Positions 11,723-22,643 of a DNA stretch of 64,000 nucleotides are shown piece by piece. The notes beneath the pieces were generated by a model. It was not told where the DNA came from. It was given only the letters and a program-made list of their open reading frames with translations, and searched no databases. This stretch comes from a virus: IMG/VR virus record IMGVR_UViG_3300008266_000015; one strand, given 5' to 3'. Position 1 is the stretch's first letter; every line of letters starts with the position of its first letter. Position numbers and translations under genes: made by a program.

Positions 11723-13021
11723 ATGAGCAAAAATAGTTGTGTAATATACGCACCAGTAGATACCCTTTCAGGCTACGGAAGTCGCAGTCGCGACACAGTA
11801 AAATCAATCATTGAATTGAAAAAAGAAGAATGGGATATTAAAATTATTCCATGCAGTTGGGGAAATACTCCAAACGGATTTATTGATGAAAACCCAGAAT
11901 GGCAGTTTTTAACTCCACATTTTATCAATGGACAACTTACCTCCCAACCAGATATTTTTATTTGGATTACAGTACCAAGTGAGTTCCAAAAAGTAGGTAA
12001 ATACAATATTGGTATTACCGCAGGACTGGAAACCACTATTGTACCAGGAGATTGGGTTGAAGGAGTAAATAGAATGGATTTAGTATTAGTATCCTCAGAA
12101 CACTCTAAAAAAGCATTTTTGAATTCTAAATTCCAAAAAATGAATGAGAAAACAAAACAGGTTGAAGGTACTATAGAGGTAACAACACCAATAGAGGTAT
12201 TATTTGAAGGTATTGATACAAACATCTACAAATATCTAGATAAACCAAATACAGAAATTGGTGCATTAAATACAATCCCTGAGGATTTTGCTTACCTGTT
12301 TGTAGGACACTGGCTACCAGGAGATTTAGGAGAAGATCGTAAAAATGTAGGTTTATTAATTAAAGCGTTTTTTGAATTATTTAAAAATAAGAAAAATGCT
12401 CCCGCATTAATTTTAAAAACCTCCATTATTGGACCTTCTTACATGGACAGAGATGAGGTATTAAAGCGCATTAAGATGATTAGATCAACGGTTAATTCAA
12501 CGGATCTACCGAATGTATACCTACTACATGGAGAATTTTCTGATGAAGAAATGAATGAAATCTATAATCATCCTAAAGTAAAAGCAATGGTTAGTTTAAC
12601 TAAAGGGGAGGGATTTGGTAGACCATTACTAGAATTCACTCAAAGTAAAAAACCAATAATTACCACAAATTGGAGTGGACATTTAGATTTTCTAAATACA
12701 GGATTTACAACATTGATTCCAGGTACATTAACAAATGTTCATCCAAGTGCTGCTAACAATATGTTATTAAAAGAAGCACAATGGTTCTCTCCTGATACAG
12801 GTAGAGTAGGACATTATTTAAAAGATGTATTTGAAAACTACAAAGACTATGTTGATGGAGGAAAACGTCAAGCATATCATTCAAAACAGAATTTCTCATT
12901 TGAAAAAATGACTGAAAAACTAGCTGAATATTTAACACGTGTTCCTGAGTTTCCAAAACAGATGCAATTAAAACTTCCACAATTAAAGAAAATTGAATTA
13001 CCAAAACTACAAAAAGTATAA
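11723..13021 (+). CDS. Glycosyltransferase (GT-B, GT4-like)
   Basis: SGYG, RKNVG, GEGFGRPLLE, WSGHLDF. Confidence 0.88.
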   Translation: MSKNSCVIYAPVDTLSGYGSRSRDTVKSIIELKKEEWDIKIIPCSWGNTPNGFIDENPEWQFLTPHFINGQLTSQPDIFIWITVPSEFQKVGKYNIGITAGLETTIVPGDWVEGVNRMDLVLVSSEHSKKAFLNSKFQKMNEKTKQVEGTIEVTTPIEVLFEGIDTNIYKYLDKPNTEIGALNTIPEDFAYLFVGHWLPGDLGEDRKNVGLLIKAFFELFKNKKNAPALILKTSIIGPSYMDRDEVLKRIKMIRSTVNSTDLPNVYLLHGEFSDEEMNEIYNHPKVKAMVSLTKGEGFGRPLLEFTQSKKPIITTNWSGHLDFLNTGFTTLIPGTLTNVHPSAANNMLLKEAQWFSPDTGRVGHYLKDVFENYKDYVDGGKRQAYHSKQNFSFEKMTEKLAEYLTRVPEFPKQMQLKLPQLKKIELPKLQKV

Positions 13022-13024
13022 AAA

Positions 13025-13483
13025 ATGACAGACAATTTAAATGTATGCCCTTGTGGGAAATCAGATGCATGTTACACAATAGAAAACTCCCCTACTATTA
13101 AAACATACTCATGTTTTGGATGTGGTTATACAACCAATTCATTAATGAAAGAGGGTGAAGAATTCTACGAACAACAACTAGAGGTACTACCTGAATTATA
13201 TAAAGATGTAATGTTTGAAGATGCAAATGGTTTAAAATGGATGCCTACTACTATCAATATTCCTATTCAAGGAATGGTGTTCTATAATGGAACTAATACC
13301 CAAGATGCTAAATGGGCTGGAGTTAAGGCAGTAGAGGTAACAGAGGAAGAAAAAGAAAAATATCCAATCAAAGGAAAACCAGGCCAGTATTATACTCATA
13401 GAATGGATATGTTAACTATGAAACCATTTGAAAAGTATGAATTTATTGACGCCTTAGAATATATAGGAATTTTACCAGAGTAA
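13025..13483 (+). CDS. Hypothetical protein with N-terminal Zn-ribbon-like cysteines
   Basis: CPCG...C...CFGCG. Confidence 0.6.
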   Translation: MTDNLNVCPCGKSDACYTIENSPTIKTYSCFGCGYTTNSLMKEGEEFYEQQLEVLPELYKDVMFEDANGLKWMPTTINIPIQGMVFYNGTNTQDAKWAGVKAVEVTEEEKEKYPIKGKPGQYYTHRMDMLTMKPFEKYEFIDALEYIGILPE

Positions 13484-13532
13484 CTAGGATTTCAAAAGAA
13501 TCTTCTGTATATTTAAAATAAAAAAACAAGTT

Positions 13533-14159
13533 ATGAAAATCTCTTATGCAATCACAGTGTGTGATGAAGCAGTTGAAATCCAACGTTTAGTTAATTTTTT
13601 ACTTACACATAAACGAGTAGAAGATCAGATAGTAGTATTATTTGATGAATCAAAAAATTGTACTGCTGTAGAAGAATACTTAAGATCTCATTCAATAAAT
13701 GGGGAATTTAGTTGGCATAAAGGAAAATTTGAAGGACACTTTGCAGACTGGAAAAATAAACTAACATCATTCTGTACAGGGGACTATGTTTTTCAAATTG
13801 ATGCTGACGAGATTCCGAATCTTTATCTAATTCAACAACTCCCAATAATACTAGAAACAAACTTTGTAGAGGTAGATGTACTACTAGTACCAAGGATTAA
13901 TACAGTAGAAGGTTTAACACCACAGCATATTCAAAAATGGGGATGGAATGTAAACGATAAAGGATGGATAAACTATCCCGACTACCAATGGAGAATATAC
14001 AGAAGAGATGGGAGTATTAGATGGAAGAATAAAGTACACGAAGTTTTAGAAGGACAAATGCATTATTCAACTTTACCAATGGATGAGGAGTACTGTCTTT
14101 ATCATGATAAACAAATAGAAAGACAAGAAAAACAAAACAATTATTATAATACACTATGA
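13533..14159 (+). CDS. Glycosyltransferase family 2
   Basis: ISYAITVCDE, DYVFQIDADE (DxD), YPDYQ.R, VHE. Confidence 0.88.
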   Translation: MKISYAITVCDEAVEIQRLVNFLLTHKRVEDQIVVLFDESKNCTAVEEYLRSHSINGEFSWHKGKFEGHFADWKNKLTSFCTGDYVFQIDADEIPNLYLIQQLPIILETNFVEVDVLLVPRINTVEGLTPQHIQKWGWNVNDKGWINYPDYQWRIYRRDGSIRWKNKVHEVLEGQMHYSTLPMDEEYCLYHDKQIERQEKQNNYYNTL

Positions 14160-14560
14160 ACCAAAGAAAATATTTGCCTACATTAAGTGAATTAATTGAT
14201 CGTTTATCAATTACACAATTAAAAGAAGTATTCATTACAGAACATAAAGCAGAATATGCTGCTGAAATAGCAGACATAGTTCATGATATCCAGTTACATT
14301 TGGAAGAAAGCAAAGAACCAATTACCGCTGAAACAATTAGAGCTATTGTAGTATTATCTCAAATGAATCTCCATATTTGGCATAACGAATCAAATGTTAG
14401 AAGTGGAAAATCAGGCCCAAATGCATTAGCATTGACCCATGGTCTAAATGGTATTCGTAACACTGCTAAAAACCAAATCCAAGAAATAATGGGTGGAAGA
14501 AAAGACTATAAAATTGATTGTTTAGCGGCTGATTTTAAAGATTGGGAAATATCATGGTAA
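14156..14560 (+). CDS. Hypothetical helical protein (ELIDRLSI...K pattern often found in heptose/glycan clusters)
   Basis: LSELIDRLSI, IWHNE..VR, LN..RN..KN motif pattern. Confidence 0.55.
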   Translation: MNQRKYLPTLSELIDRLSITQLKEVFITEHKAEYAAEIADIVHDIQLHLEESKEPITAETIRAIVVLSQMNLHIWHNESNVRSGKSGPNALALTHGLNGIRNTAKNQIQEIMGGRKDYKIDCLAADFKDWEISW

Positions 14561-14943
14561 AAGTATGGGTAAATGGTTCATTCGATGTTTTACATATAGG
14601 ACACATAAAATTACTTGAATATGCTAGTACATTAGGAAGTGTTAAGGTAGGAATTGATACCAATAAAAGAATTAAAAAAATTAAAGGTGAAAATAGACCA
14701 TTTAATTCACTTTCTGATAGAGTAGAATTTTTACGCTCTATAAAACATGTTGATAGTGTTGATATATTTGATACAACTGAACAACTAATTGATCTTATTA
14801 AGCAATACCAACCAGATTATATGGTTATAGGAAGTGATTATAAAGATAAACCAATTATAGGTTCCGAATATATAAAAGAGATTGTATATTTCGATAGAAT
14901 AAAAGATAAATCAACAACTAATATACTGAACTATGGAAAGTAA
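14554..14943 (+). CDS. Cytidylyl/adenylyltransferase (HldC / RfaE domain II-like)
   Basis: NGSFDVLHIGH, KGENRPFN, GSDY, KSTTNI. Confidence 0.9.
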   Translation: MVKVWVNGSFDVLHIGHIKLLEYASTLGSVKVGIDTNKRIKKIKGENRPFNSLSDRVEFLRSIKHVDSVDIFDTTEQLIDLIKQYQPDYMVIGSDYKDKPIIGSEYIKEIVYFDRIKDKSTTNILNYGK

Positions 14944-15319
14944 ATATATCAAACCCCATGTTTGTGAAGGATGTAAGGTTCCTAAGGGATGGGGTGAAGA
15001 ATTGATCATTGAAAATAATGAAAAGTATTGTGGTAAATTACTTATCTTTAAAAAAGGATGCAAATTTAGTATGCATTACCATATGATCAAAGATGAAACA
15101 TGGTATGTTGATAAAGGAACATTTATCTATAGATGGATCGATACTGAAACAGCTGAAACCATAGAACAAACTCTTAAACCAGGAGATATAGTAAGACAAA
15201 GACCTGGACAACCCCACCAATTAGAAGCACTAGAAGATGGGGTTATATTTGAAATTTCAACCCAACATTTTGACTCTGATTCATACCGAGTATGGAAAGG
15301 AGACAGTCAAACAAAATAA
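14933..15319 (+). CDS. Cupin sugar isomerase-like protein
   Basis: KGWGEE, YCGKLL, SMHYH..KDETW, H.LEA, EISTQH. Confidence 0.82.
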   Translation: MESKYIKPHVCEGCKVPKGWGEELIIENNEKYCGKLLIFKKGCKFSMHYHMIKDETWYVDKGTFIYRWIDTETAETIEQTLKPGDIVRQRPGQPHQLEALEDGVIFEISTQHFDSDSYRVWKGDSQTK

Positions 15320-15327
15320 AAATAAAT

Positions 15328-16551
15328 ATGGATAATCCACAAATATTTTCTCTAGCAGAAAACCAATATACTTCAGATTATGAAGTAATTTTAAATCTAG
15401 GTACTCAACCCTGGGCTAATAATTTTATATCTTTAGATCAAATAGGAAAAGAACCTACTTACCCACTACAATTAGTTTACTGTAATAAATCTGAATTATT
15501 ACAGCTAAGTTATTTTGTCCCTAAAGAGACAATGTTTAAAAACCACACATATATTTCCGGTACTACCAGAACATTATTAAACCATTTTTATAAGTTAGCC
15601 AAAGAAAATACTGAACAATATAACTTAGATACCGAAAACGATATTATCCTAGATATAGGAGGAAACGATGGCTCACAATTAGATCAATATCAAAAATTAG
15701 GATTTAAAAAAACAATAAATTTTGAATCTGCTAATAACATTTGTGAATTATCTATTCAGAAAGGAATAAATACTATTAATGATTTTTTTAATGAAAAAAA
15801 TGTTAAAAAATATTTGGAACCTAACAGTATTAAATTAATAAATGCATCAGGTGTATTTTTTCATTTAGAAGAATTGGATAGTGTTATAAAAGGTATAAAT
15901 TATTGTCTTTCTGAGGATGGGGTATTTGTAGTACAATGTATGTACGCTGGAGCAATGATGGATAATTTAAATTATGATACCATTTACCATGAACATCTAT
16001 GCTATTACACATTAAATAGTTTAAATAAATTACTACTTAAATATGATTTACATTTAGAAGATGCTCATTTTGATGAAATACATAGTGGAAGTATAATTTG
16101 TAAATTTAGAAAAAATAAATTTCCTTTAACTCCAAGAACATTAGATTTGATAGAGCTAGATAAAAAATATACATTATCCTCATTCAAAAATTTCAGTAAC
16201 CAAATTCAGGAAAATAGATACGAATTAAAAAATCTTTTAATTGAATTAAAAAATAAAGGAAAAGTTGTATATGGGTATGGAGCTCCTGTTAAAGGTAATA
16301 CATTATTAAATTATGCCGAAATAGATAATACCTTAATTAAAAAGATAGTAGAAGTTAATCCTCATAAAATAGGAACATATACTCCTGGCTCACATATTCC
16401 TGTAGAGCAAGAACAAGAAAATGACACTCCAGACTATTATTTAATGTTGTCTCATAATTTTGAAAAGGAATTAATTGAAAAAAATAAACACATAATAGAA
16501 AATGGAACTAAATTTATTATCCCATTCCCAAAAATAAAAATAATCCAATAA
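15328..16551 (+). CDS. SAM-dependent NDP-sugar C-methyltransferase
   Basis: LGTQPWANN, DIGGNDG, DTIYHEH, HSGS, YGAPVKGNTLLN, K.G.YTPGSHIP. Confidence 0.88.
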   Translation: MDNPQIFSLAENQYTSDYEVILNLGTQPWANNFISLDQIGKEPTYPLQLVYCNKSELLQLSYFVPKETMFKNHTYISGTTRTLLNHFYKLAKENTEQYNLDTENDIILDIGGNDGSQLDQYQKLGFKKTINFESANNICELSIQKGINTINDFFNEKNVKKYLEPNSIKLINASGVFFHLEELDSVIKGINYCLSEDGVFVVQCMYAGAMMDNLNYDTIYHEHLCYYTLNSLNKLLLKYDLHLEDAHFDEIHSGSIICKFRKNKFPLTPRTLDLIELDKKYTLSSFKNFSNQIQENRYELKNLLIELKNKGKVVYGYGAPVKGNTLLNYAEIDNTLIKKIVEVNPHKIGTYTPGSHIPVEQEQENDTPDYYLMLSHNFEKELIEKNKHIIENGTKFIIPFPKIKIIQ

Positions 16552-16552
16552 T

Positions 16553-17443
16553 ATGAAAATTTTTTCTAAAAACTCAATAGCTCAAGAAAGATTTGAGTTT
16601 CATATAGATGTTAATTGTGAAAAATACAAAAACAAACCAATTTCTATATTTAATGATTGGCCTGCAAATTCATTTGAATTAAGTGAAAATCCTATTAATA
16701 TTATTATATTAAATGAACCTAACGAAATTTTTGGGTTAGTTGATTGGACCATATATAACCAAAATGGTTTTAGTTTAATTCTTTCTCAATGGGATAAAAT
16801 TCATCAAAATTGTTCTAACTCTATATTATTTGTTCATGGTGAAACTAATTTGGATAGAGAATATATTGAGAGTTATAAAATTAATCCTGAAAGAAATTAT
16901 GAAGTAACTTTTCTAAGTGGCATATTGGAAATGCTTCCTGGCCATAGGTTGAGACAAAGAGTTTTAAGTAAGGAATCTGAAATTGTAATTCCTCATAAAT
17001 TTTGGAAAACATTAGATGATTTTGATCCTAGAGGACAACGCCCTGGATATTTTGAAGTAAAAATGACTAAATGGGGTAACCCAATTGAAGGCGAAGGAAA
17101 AAAACAAGTTTGGGATAGACATTCTATGTTTCATGTAGCTATAGAAAGTAAAAAAGAAATTAATTACTTTGCTGATAAAATTTTAGATTGCTTTGCAACC
17201 AAAACCTTACCTATATATTATGGCTCTCATAACATATCAGAGTTTGGATATGATGAAAAAGGAATAATTCGATTTGATAATGAAGATGAATTAGTTGAAA
17301 TACTAAATAATCTAACCCCAGAAGATTACTATAGTAGATTAGAAGCTATAGAAAATAACTATGAAGCAGTTCAGAAATATGGTTTTTTCTTTCCTAGAGT
17401 AGAAGAATTTTTAGATGAATTAATAAAATTAAATGATCTATGA
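16553..17443 (+). CDS. Glycosyltransferase family 10-like
   Basis: FHVAIES...NYFADKILDCF...LPIYYG. Confidence 0.75.
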   Translation: MKIFSKNSIAQERFEFHIDVNCEKYKNKPISIFNDWPANSFELSENPINIIILNEPNEIFGLVDWTIYNQNGFSLILSQWDKIHQNCSNSILFVHGETNLDREYIESYKINPERNYEVTFLSGILEMLPGHRLRQRVLSKESEIVIPHKFWKTLDDFDPRGQRPGYFEVKMTKWGNPIEGEGKKQVWDRHSMFHVAIESKKEINYFADKILDCFATKTLPIYYGSHNISEFGYDEKGIIRFDNEDELVEILNNLTPEDYYSRLEAIENNYEAVQKYGFFFPRVEEFLDELIKLNDL

Positions 17444-18192
17444 AAGTATTAATTATAGGAGATAGCTGCGAAGATCATTATATATATTGCTCATCAGAAA
17501 GATTCTGTCCTGATGCTCCGGTTCCTGTATTAAACCCTGTTAAAAAAATTAAATCTATGGGTATGGCAGGCAATGTTGCTGATAATATTAGATCATTAGG
17601 AGCTGAGGTAGACATACTATCAAACATTGAAAAGATTAAAAAAATAAGATATGTTCATGAAAGAACAAATCACATGTTCATTAGAATAGATGAAGGAGAA
17701 GATAAAATAAATAGATGTTTGTTTGGTAATATAGACTGGAATCAGTATGATGCTATTATAATTAGTGATTATTGTAAAGGATTCTTAGTAGAGGAAGATA
17801 TTGATTATATTTCTAAACAACATCCTTTAACGTTTTTAGATACCAAAAAACAATTAGGTTCGTTTGCTGATAATATCACATTTATAAAAATAAATGATAT
17901 TGAGTATAATAAGACTAAATTATCTATAACACCAATTTTAGAAGAAAAACTTATAATAACTTTAGGTTCTAAAGGGGCTACATACAAAGAAAATACATAT
18001 ATTGTAGATGAAGTTGATGTTAGAGATACAAGCGGAGCAGGTGATACTTTTTTAGCAGGATTAGCGTATGGTTATATTAAAACGAAAGATATAGATATAG
18101 CAATTAAATTAGCAAATGATTGCGCTAGTCAAGTAGTACAGAAAAAAGGAACAGCAAAAATAAATAAAAACAAATTAAAATATGAAATATAA
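17440..18192 (+). CDS. PfkB-family sugar kinase (HldA / RfaE domain I-like)
   Basis: IGD..ED.Y, PDAPVPV, GMAGNV, SDYCKG, DTSGAGDTF. Confidence 0.9.
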   Translation: MKVLIIGDSCEDHYIYCSSERFCPDAPVPVLNPVKKIKSMGMAGNVADNIRSLGAEVDILSNIEKIKKIRYVHERTNHMFIRIDEGEDKINRCLFGNIDWNQYDAIIISDYCKGFLVEEDIDYISKQHPLTFLDTKKQLGSFADNITFIKINDIEYNKTKLSITPILEEKLIITLGSKGATYKENTYIVDEVDVRDTSGAGDTFLAGLAYGYIKTKDIDIAIKLANDCASQVVQKKGTAKINKNKLKYEI

Positions 18193-18703
18193 ATTTAGCG
18201 AAAAATTATCTGAAATAGCTATTATTCAGCCAGATGTATTCTATGATTTTAGAGGTGAATATATTGAAACATGGAATGTTGAGAACTATAAAGTATTCAA
18301 TAAAGGTAATATTGAGTTTAAACAGGATGATGTCAGTGTATCAAATAAACATACATTAAGAGGACTACATGGTGATTTTGAAACTTGGAAATTAGTTCAA
18401 TGCATTTATGGTTCTTTACTACAGGTAGTAGTAGATATGAGACCAGATAGCAAAACTTATCTTCAATATGATATGTTTTCTATTACTGATAAAAACAGGT
18501 CTCAAATTCTTATCCCACCTGGATTTGCTAATGGTCATTTGGTAATGAGTGAAATTGGAGTTTTTTCTTATAAACAATCTACATTGTATACCGGGGTAAA
18601 TGCTCAATTTACTGTAAAATGGAATGATCCTAAGATTGATATTCCTTGGCCTATTGAAAATCCTATATTATCTTCAAGAGATAAAAATGCTAAATTAATA
18701 TGA
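18182..18703 (+). CDS. rmlC: dTDP-4-dehydrorhamnose 3,5-epimerase-like
   Basis: DFRG, TLRGLH, KLV.C..G, IPPGFANG, WNDP, LSSRD. Confidence 0.88.
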   Translation: MKYKFSEKLSEIAIIQPDVFYDFRGEYIETWNVENYKVFNKGNIEFKQDDVSVSNKHTLRGLHGDFETWKLVQCIYGSLLQVVVDMRPDSKTYLQYDMFSITDKNRSQILIPPGFANGHLVMSEIGVFSYKQSTLYTGVNAQFTVKWNDPKIDIPWPIENPILSSRDKNAKLI

Positions 18704-19638
18704 AAAAAGTTCTAATCACAGGAGGAGCAGGTTACTTAGGCTCAGTTTTAACAGAGGTATTATTAAATAAAGGATACCAAGTAACAGTTTTAGATAATTT
18801 AACCTACAAACAAGTATCAGTATCTCCATTCAGCTATAATAAAAATTTTAATTTTATTTTAGGAGATGTTACTATTGAATCAACTCTAAAACCATTAGTT
18901 GAATCACATGATATTATTATTCCTTTAGCAGCTATAGTAGGGATGCCAGCTTGTAAAGCTCAACCTGAATTAACAGTAAAGGTTAATTATGAGCAAGTTA
19001 AAAATATTACTGAATGGATGACTAAGGAACAAAAGTTGATTATTCCAAACACTAATAGCCAATATGGTTCATCAACTGAAATTATTACTGAGGATAGTCC
19101 ATTTAAACCACTTTCGTTATATGCTGAAACAAAATGTGATGCTGAAAAAGCAGTATTAGATTCAGGTAATGGTATCGTATTAAGATTAGCAACAGTATTT
19201 GGTATGTCTTATAGAATGAGAATGGATTTACTAGTTAATGATTTTGTATATAAAGCGTTAACCGATGGTTATTTGGTATTGTTTGAAAGTCATTTTATTC
19301 GCAATTATATCCACATTAGAGACGTAGCTAATACATTTCTTTTCATGATTGAAAACTATAAAACATGTAACAATAATGCTTTTAATGTAGGTTTAACCTC
19401 AGCTAACTGTACTAAATTAGAATTAGTTCAGACTATCCAAAAATATGTTCCTGATTTGGTTATTGTTGAAAATAACTTCAAACAAGATTTTGATCAAAGA
19501 AACTATATGGTTTCAAATGAAAAATTAGAATCTAAAGGATGGAAACCTGAATTTAGTTTAGAAGATGGAATTCAAGAATTAATTAAGGGATATCAATTAA
19601 TTAAAAAATATAATAATAAAAACTTTACAAATCTATAA
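18700..19638 (+). CDS. NAD-dependent epimerase/dehydratase (extended SDR)
   Basis: TGGAGYLGS, YAETK, RLATVFG. Confidence 0.9.
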   Translation: MKKVLITGGAGYLGSVLTEVLLNKGYQVTVLDNLTYKQVSVSPFSYNKNFNFILGDVTIESTLKPLVESHDIIIPLAAIVGMPACKAQPELTVKVNYEQVKNITEWMTKEQKLIIPNTNSQYGSSTEIITEDSPFKPLSLYAETKCDAEKAVLDSGNGIVLRLATVFGMSYRMRMDLLVNDFVYKALTDGYLVLFESHFIRNYIHIRDVANTFLFMIENYKTCNNNAFNVGLTSANCTKLELVQTIQKYVPDLVIVENNFKQDFDQRNYMVSNEKLESKGWKPEFSLEDGIQELIKGYQLIKKYNNKNFTNL

Positions 19639-19640
19639 AA

Positions 19641-20306
19641 ATGGAAAACCTAAAACTAAAAACCGATTTCCCAATAGCATATGAATCACCAGATCATTTA
19701 ATGCCTTGGGGTACTATGAGAGATAATTCAACCAACCCTTCCTTTATTCAGGAAGTTCAAGATTTTTTTAAATCAAATTACGATTTAGATAAAATTAAAT
19801 TTATGGACCTAGGTTGTTCAGGAGGACAATTAGCTGTAGATTTCTATAAAAAAGGAAATATAGCTGTTGGATTAGAGGGAAGCGATTATAGTGTTAAACA
19901 TCAAAGAGCTAATTGGCCCGAATATCATGATAAAATGCTATTCACTTGCGATGCATCTAAACCATATACTGTACTTCTAAATGATGAACAATATAAGTGT
20001 AATATGATAACAGCTTGGGAGGTTATTGAACATATTCATCCTGATACCTTAAATATGTTTTTTACTAATATTTCTAATCACCTAGAAAATCATGGTGTTT
20101 TTGTAGGGTCAATCTCAACAAATGTAGAAATTATTGATGGTCATGTTTTACACCAAGCCGTATTCTCAGAAGTAGACTGGTATAAGAATTTTTCAAAGTT
20201 TTTAGAAGGAACTAATCTTGTTTTATATAAATACCCATTTGAACACGTTGTAAGAGGTGATGCAGGTTCATTTCATGTCTTACTTAGAAAAGAAGTAAAT
20301 GAATAA
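19641..20306 (+). CDS. Class I SAM-dependent methyltransferase
   Basis: MDLGCSGG, WEVIEH. Confidence 0.82.
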   Translation: MENLKLKTDFPIAYESPDHLMPWGTMRDNSTNPSFIQEVQDFFKSNYDLDKIKFMDLGCSGGQLAVDFYKKGNIAVGLEGSDYSVKHQRANWPEYHDKMLFTCDASKPYTVLLNDEQYKCNMITAWEVIEHIHPDTLNMFFTNISNHLENHGVFVGSISTNVEIIDGHVLHQAVFSEVDWYKNFSKFLEGTNLVLYKYPFEHVVRGDAGSFHVLLRKEVNE

Positions 20307-21180
20307 TATATTAATAACTGGAGCAACCGGTTTTGTTGGTAAACATTTATCTAAAACTTTAAAAACCCAAAATGATAATATTGTAGAATTAAATTCTAAA
20401 AATTTTAATTCAATTTGGGACTATAAAGAGAAATTTGATTATATTATCCACCTAGCTGTCAAAACAGCAGCAGGTGGATACTGCCAAAATCATCCCGGGG
20501 AACAATACCTAATCAATTCAGATATTAATAATACAATATTAAAGTATTGGAAAGAGTATCAACCACAAGCTAAAATGATTACATTTGGATCGTCATGTGG
20601 ATACGATAAAAATAATGTTAAAACTGAAGACAATTATTTAAAAGGTGAGACTGAACCAGGATATGAAGCTTATGGAGCAATAAAGCGTAATTTATTAGTT
20701 GGTTTACAATCACTAAAAAAAGAATATAATATGGAATACTCTTATTTGATTCCATCTGTATTTTATGGACCTGAATATGATTTAGATGATAAACATTTTA
20801 TATTTGATTTAATTAGAAAAATAGTAAATGCTAAAAACGGAGGAGATAAAGTAATACTTTGGGGTACTGGAGACCAAACTCGCGAGTTAATTTATATCAA
20901 TGATGCAGTTGATATTATTATTAAATCAATGTCTTGGAATAAACATACAGTTAATTTATCCTCAGGTAAAAGTCATTCAATTAAAGAATATGCTCAAATA
21001 ATTTGTGATGTTGTAGGATATGATTCTAATTTAATAGAATGGGATACTACTGCTTTTGTTGGTTCTCCAAATAAAAAATTAATCAATACTCATTTACAAG
21101 ATTATAATTTTACTTCATTAAAAGAAGGATTAATAGAAACAATTAAATATTATGAAAATAGGAGTAGTAGTAGTAAATAG
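20299..21180 (+). CDS. NAD-dependent epimerase/reductase (GDP-L-fucose synthase-like)
   Basis: TGATGFVG, HLA, GSSC.Y, YGAIK, WGTG.QTRE. Confidence 0.85.
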   Translation: MNNILITGATGFVGKHLSKTLKTQNDNIVELNSKNFNSIWDYKEKFDYIIHLAVKTAAGGYCQNHPGEQYLINSDINNTILKYWKEYQPQAKMITFGSSCGYDKNNVKTEDNYLKGETEPGYEAYGAIKRNLLVGLQSLKKEYNMEYSYLIPSVFYGPEYDLDDKHFIFDLIRKIVNAKNGGDKVILWGTGDQTRELIYINDAVDIIIKSMSWNKHTVNLSSGKSHSIKEYAQIICDVVGYDSNLIEWDTTAFVGSPNKKLINTHLQDYNFTSLKEGLIETIKYYENRSSSSK

Positions 21181-22036
21181 AAATGACGGATATAAAGATT
21201 TTGAAAGAGGAATTATCCATTTTAAATCAATGTTAGATACTTTTGATGAAGTAACTTATATTGACTGGAACTCTCCCTCAGGATCTTTCTTATGGGAAAT
21301 TAAAGATGAATTACCTAAAACAGGTAAAATCAAACACTTTATAATTCCCCCAGAAATTGTTTCCCAAATTATTGTTGATCCTAGAGCTCAACAATGTAAT
21401 GAGGGATTAAGTAGAAATATAGGAATTAGAAGAAGTGATTGTGATTGGGTAGTATCAACTAATATAGATATTATTCCTCCAAAACGTGAAGATTTAATTA
21501 AAACTATAGAAAAGTTAGATTCTAAAACTTTTTATACTATTTCAAGACGTGAAGCACCAAAGGAATTAGTATACAAATATGGTCACAAAGATTGGAAATC
21601 CCTTCAAGATGAATTATATCTTACTATACCTGAAAGGCATTTTCCAGCTATGGTAACTCCTAATGACCATTATAGTTTAATTAACTGCTGTGGAGATTTT
21701 CAATTAGCTCATAAAGATGTATGGAATACTATAAAAGGATTTGAAGAATCAATGACATACGCTTGCTTTATAGATACCAATATCCAGAAAAAAGCGGTAT
21801 TAAATAAATTCAATTTACAAGCCCTATATAATCCACCTCTATTCCATATGGAACATGGAGCATATTATACTAAAGAAGATGGTACTAGAGTATCAGATCC
21901 TAATCATAAAGGAGCATATACTGGTGATACTAAAGCATATAATGATGCCGGAAAATGGGTAGAATACTTCCAACAATCAGAAAATGATGAAGATTGGGGT
22001 CTTTCAACTATAGAAATTGAATTTGAAACAATTTAA
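21152..22036 (+). CDS. Putative glycosyltransferase (GT-A)
   Basis: RND.Y, DWNS, RNIGIRR, TNIDI, GDFQL, GFEE. Confidence 0.72.
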   Translation: MKIGVVVVNRNDGYKDFERGIIHFKSMLDTFDEVTYIDWNSPSGSFLWEIKDELPKTGKIKHFIIPPEIVSQIIVDPRAQQCNEGLSRNIGIRRSDCDWVVSTNIDIIPPKREDLIKTIEKLDSKTFYTISRREAPKELVYKYGHKDWKSLQDELYLTIPERHFPAMVTPNDHYSLINCCGDFQLAHKDVWNTIKGFEESMTYACFIDTNIQKKAVLNKFNLQALYNPPLFHMEHGAYYTKEDGTRVSDPNHKGAYTGDTKAYNDAGKWVEYFQQSENDEDWGLSTIEIEFETI

Positions 22037-22084
22037 AAATTAGGATTTCAAAATCTTTAATTGTATATTTAAATAAAAAAGAAT

Positions 22085-22252
22085 ATGTTAAACTTTATAC
22101 GATATTTTTATTACTCAAAAGTTGATTCAACTAAAGAGCCAATAGATAGAATAGTAGCAATAGATTACGATACGGCTCTCGAATACTTCGCAGAACGTAA
22201 ACAAATGAACCCATATGAATTTTTGAAAATATATGAAATTAAATCTGAATAA
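22085..22252 (+). CDS. Small hypothetical protein (55 aa)
   Basis: Read manually downstream of the promoter at 22041. Confidence 0.55.
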   Translation: MLNFIRYFYYSKVDSTKEPIDRIVAIDYDTALEYFAERKQMNPYEFLKIYEIKSE

Positions 22253-22643
22253 TTTTGGGAAACGATTAAAACTAATCAAACGTACCAAAAAATCAAAAGA
22301 AATCTCTGAATCAGATTTATTTGTTGAGTCAATTGGAACGATGGATCATTGTTGGGATCGTTCTAATAAGCTTTATGGAACGTTTGGATTAAATACTCTA
22401 GAGTATGAGGAAAGCTATTATCAAATTATTGAAAATCTCCTATTAATCAAATATGGATATTGGAAAACAGAAATTATATTATGGTATGTGTTTGGGAGAA
22501 AAGATGAAGAGGAAAATGTCCATCCACTTATAGTACAACATGTTGGAAAAGAAGAAGAAGAGGTATTTATTACCACACCACTTGAGTTGTGGAATTTTTT
22601 AGTTAAAGTAGAAGAACAAAAAGATAAAGATGAAAATGAATAA
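22233..22643 (+). CDS. Hypothetical protein
   Basis: 136 aa ORF coupled to its neighbours. Confidence 0.65.
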   Translation: MKLNLNNFGKRLKLIKRTKKSKEISESDLFVESIGTMDHCWDRSNKLYGTFGLNTLEYEESYYQIIENLLLIKYGYWKTEIILWYVFGRKDEEENVHPLIVQHVGKEEEEVFITTPLELWNFLVKVEEQKDKDENE

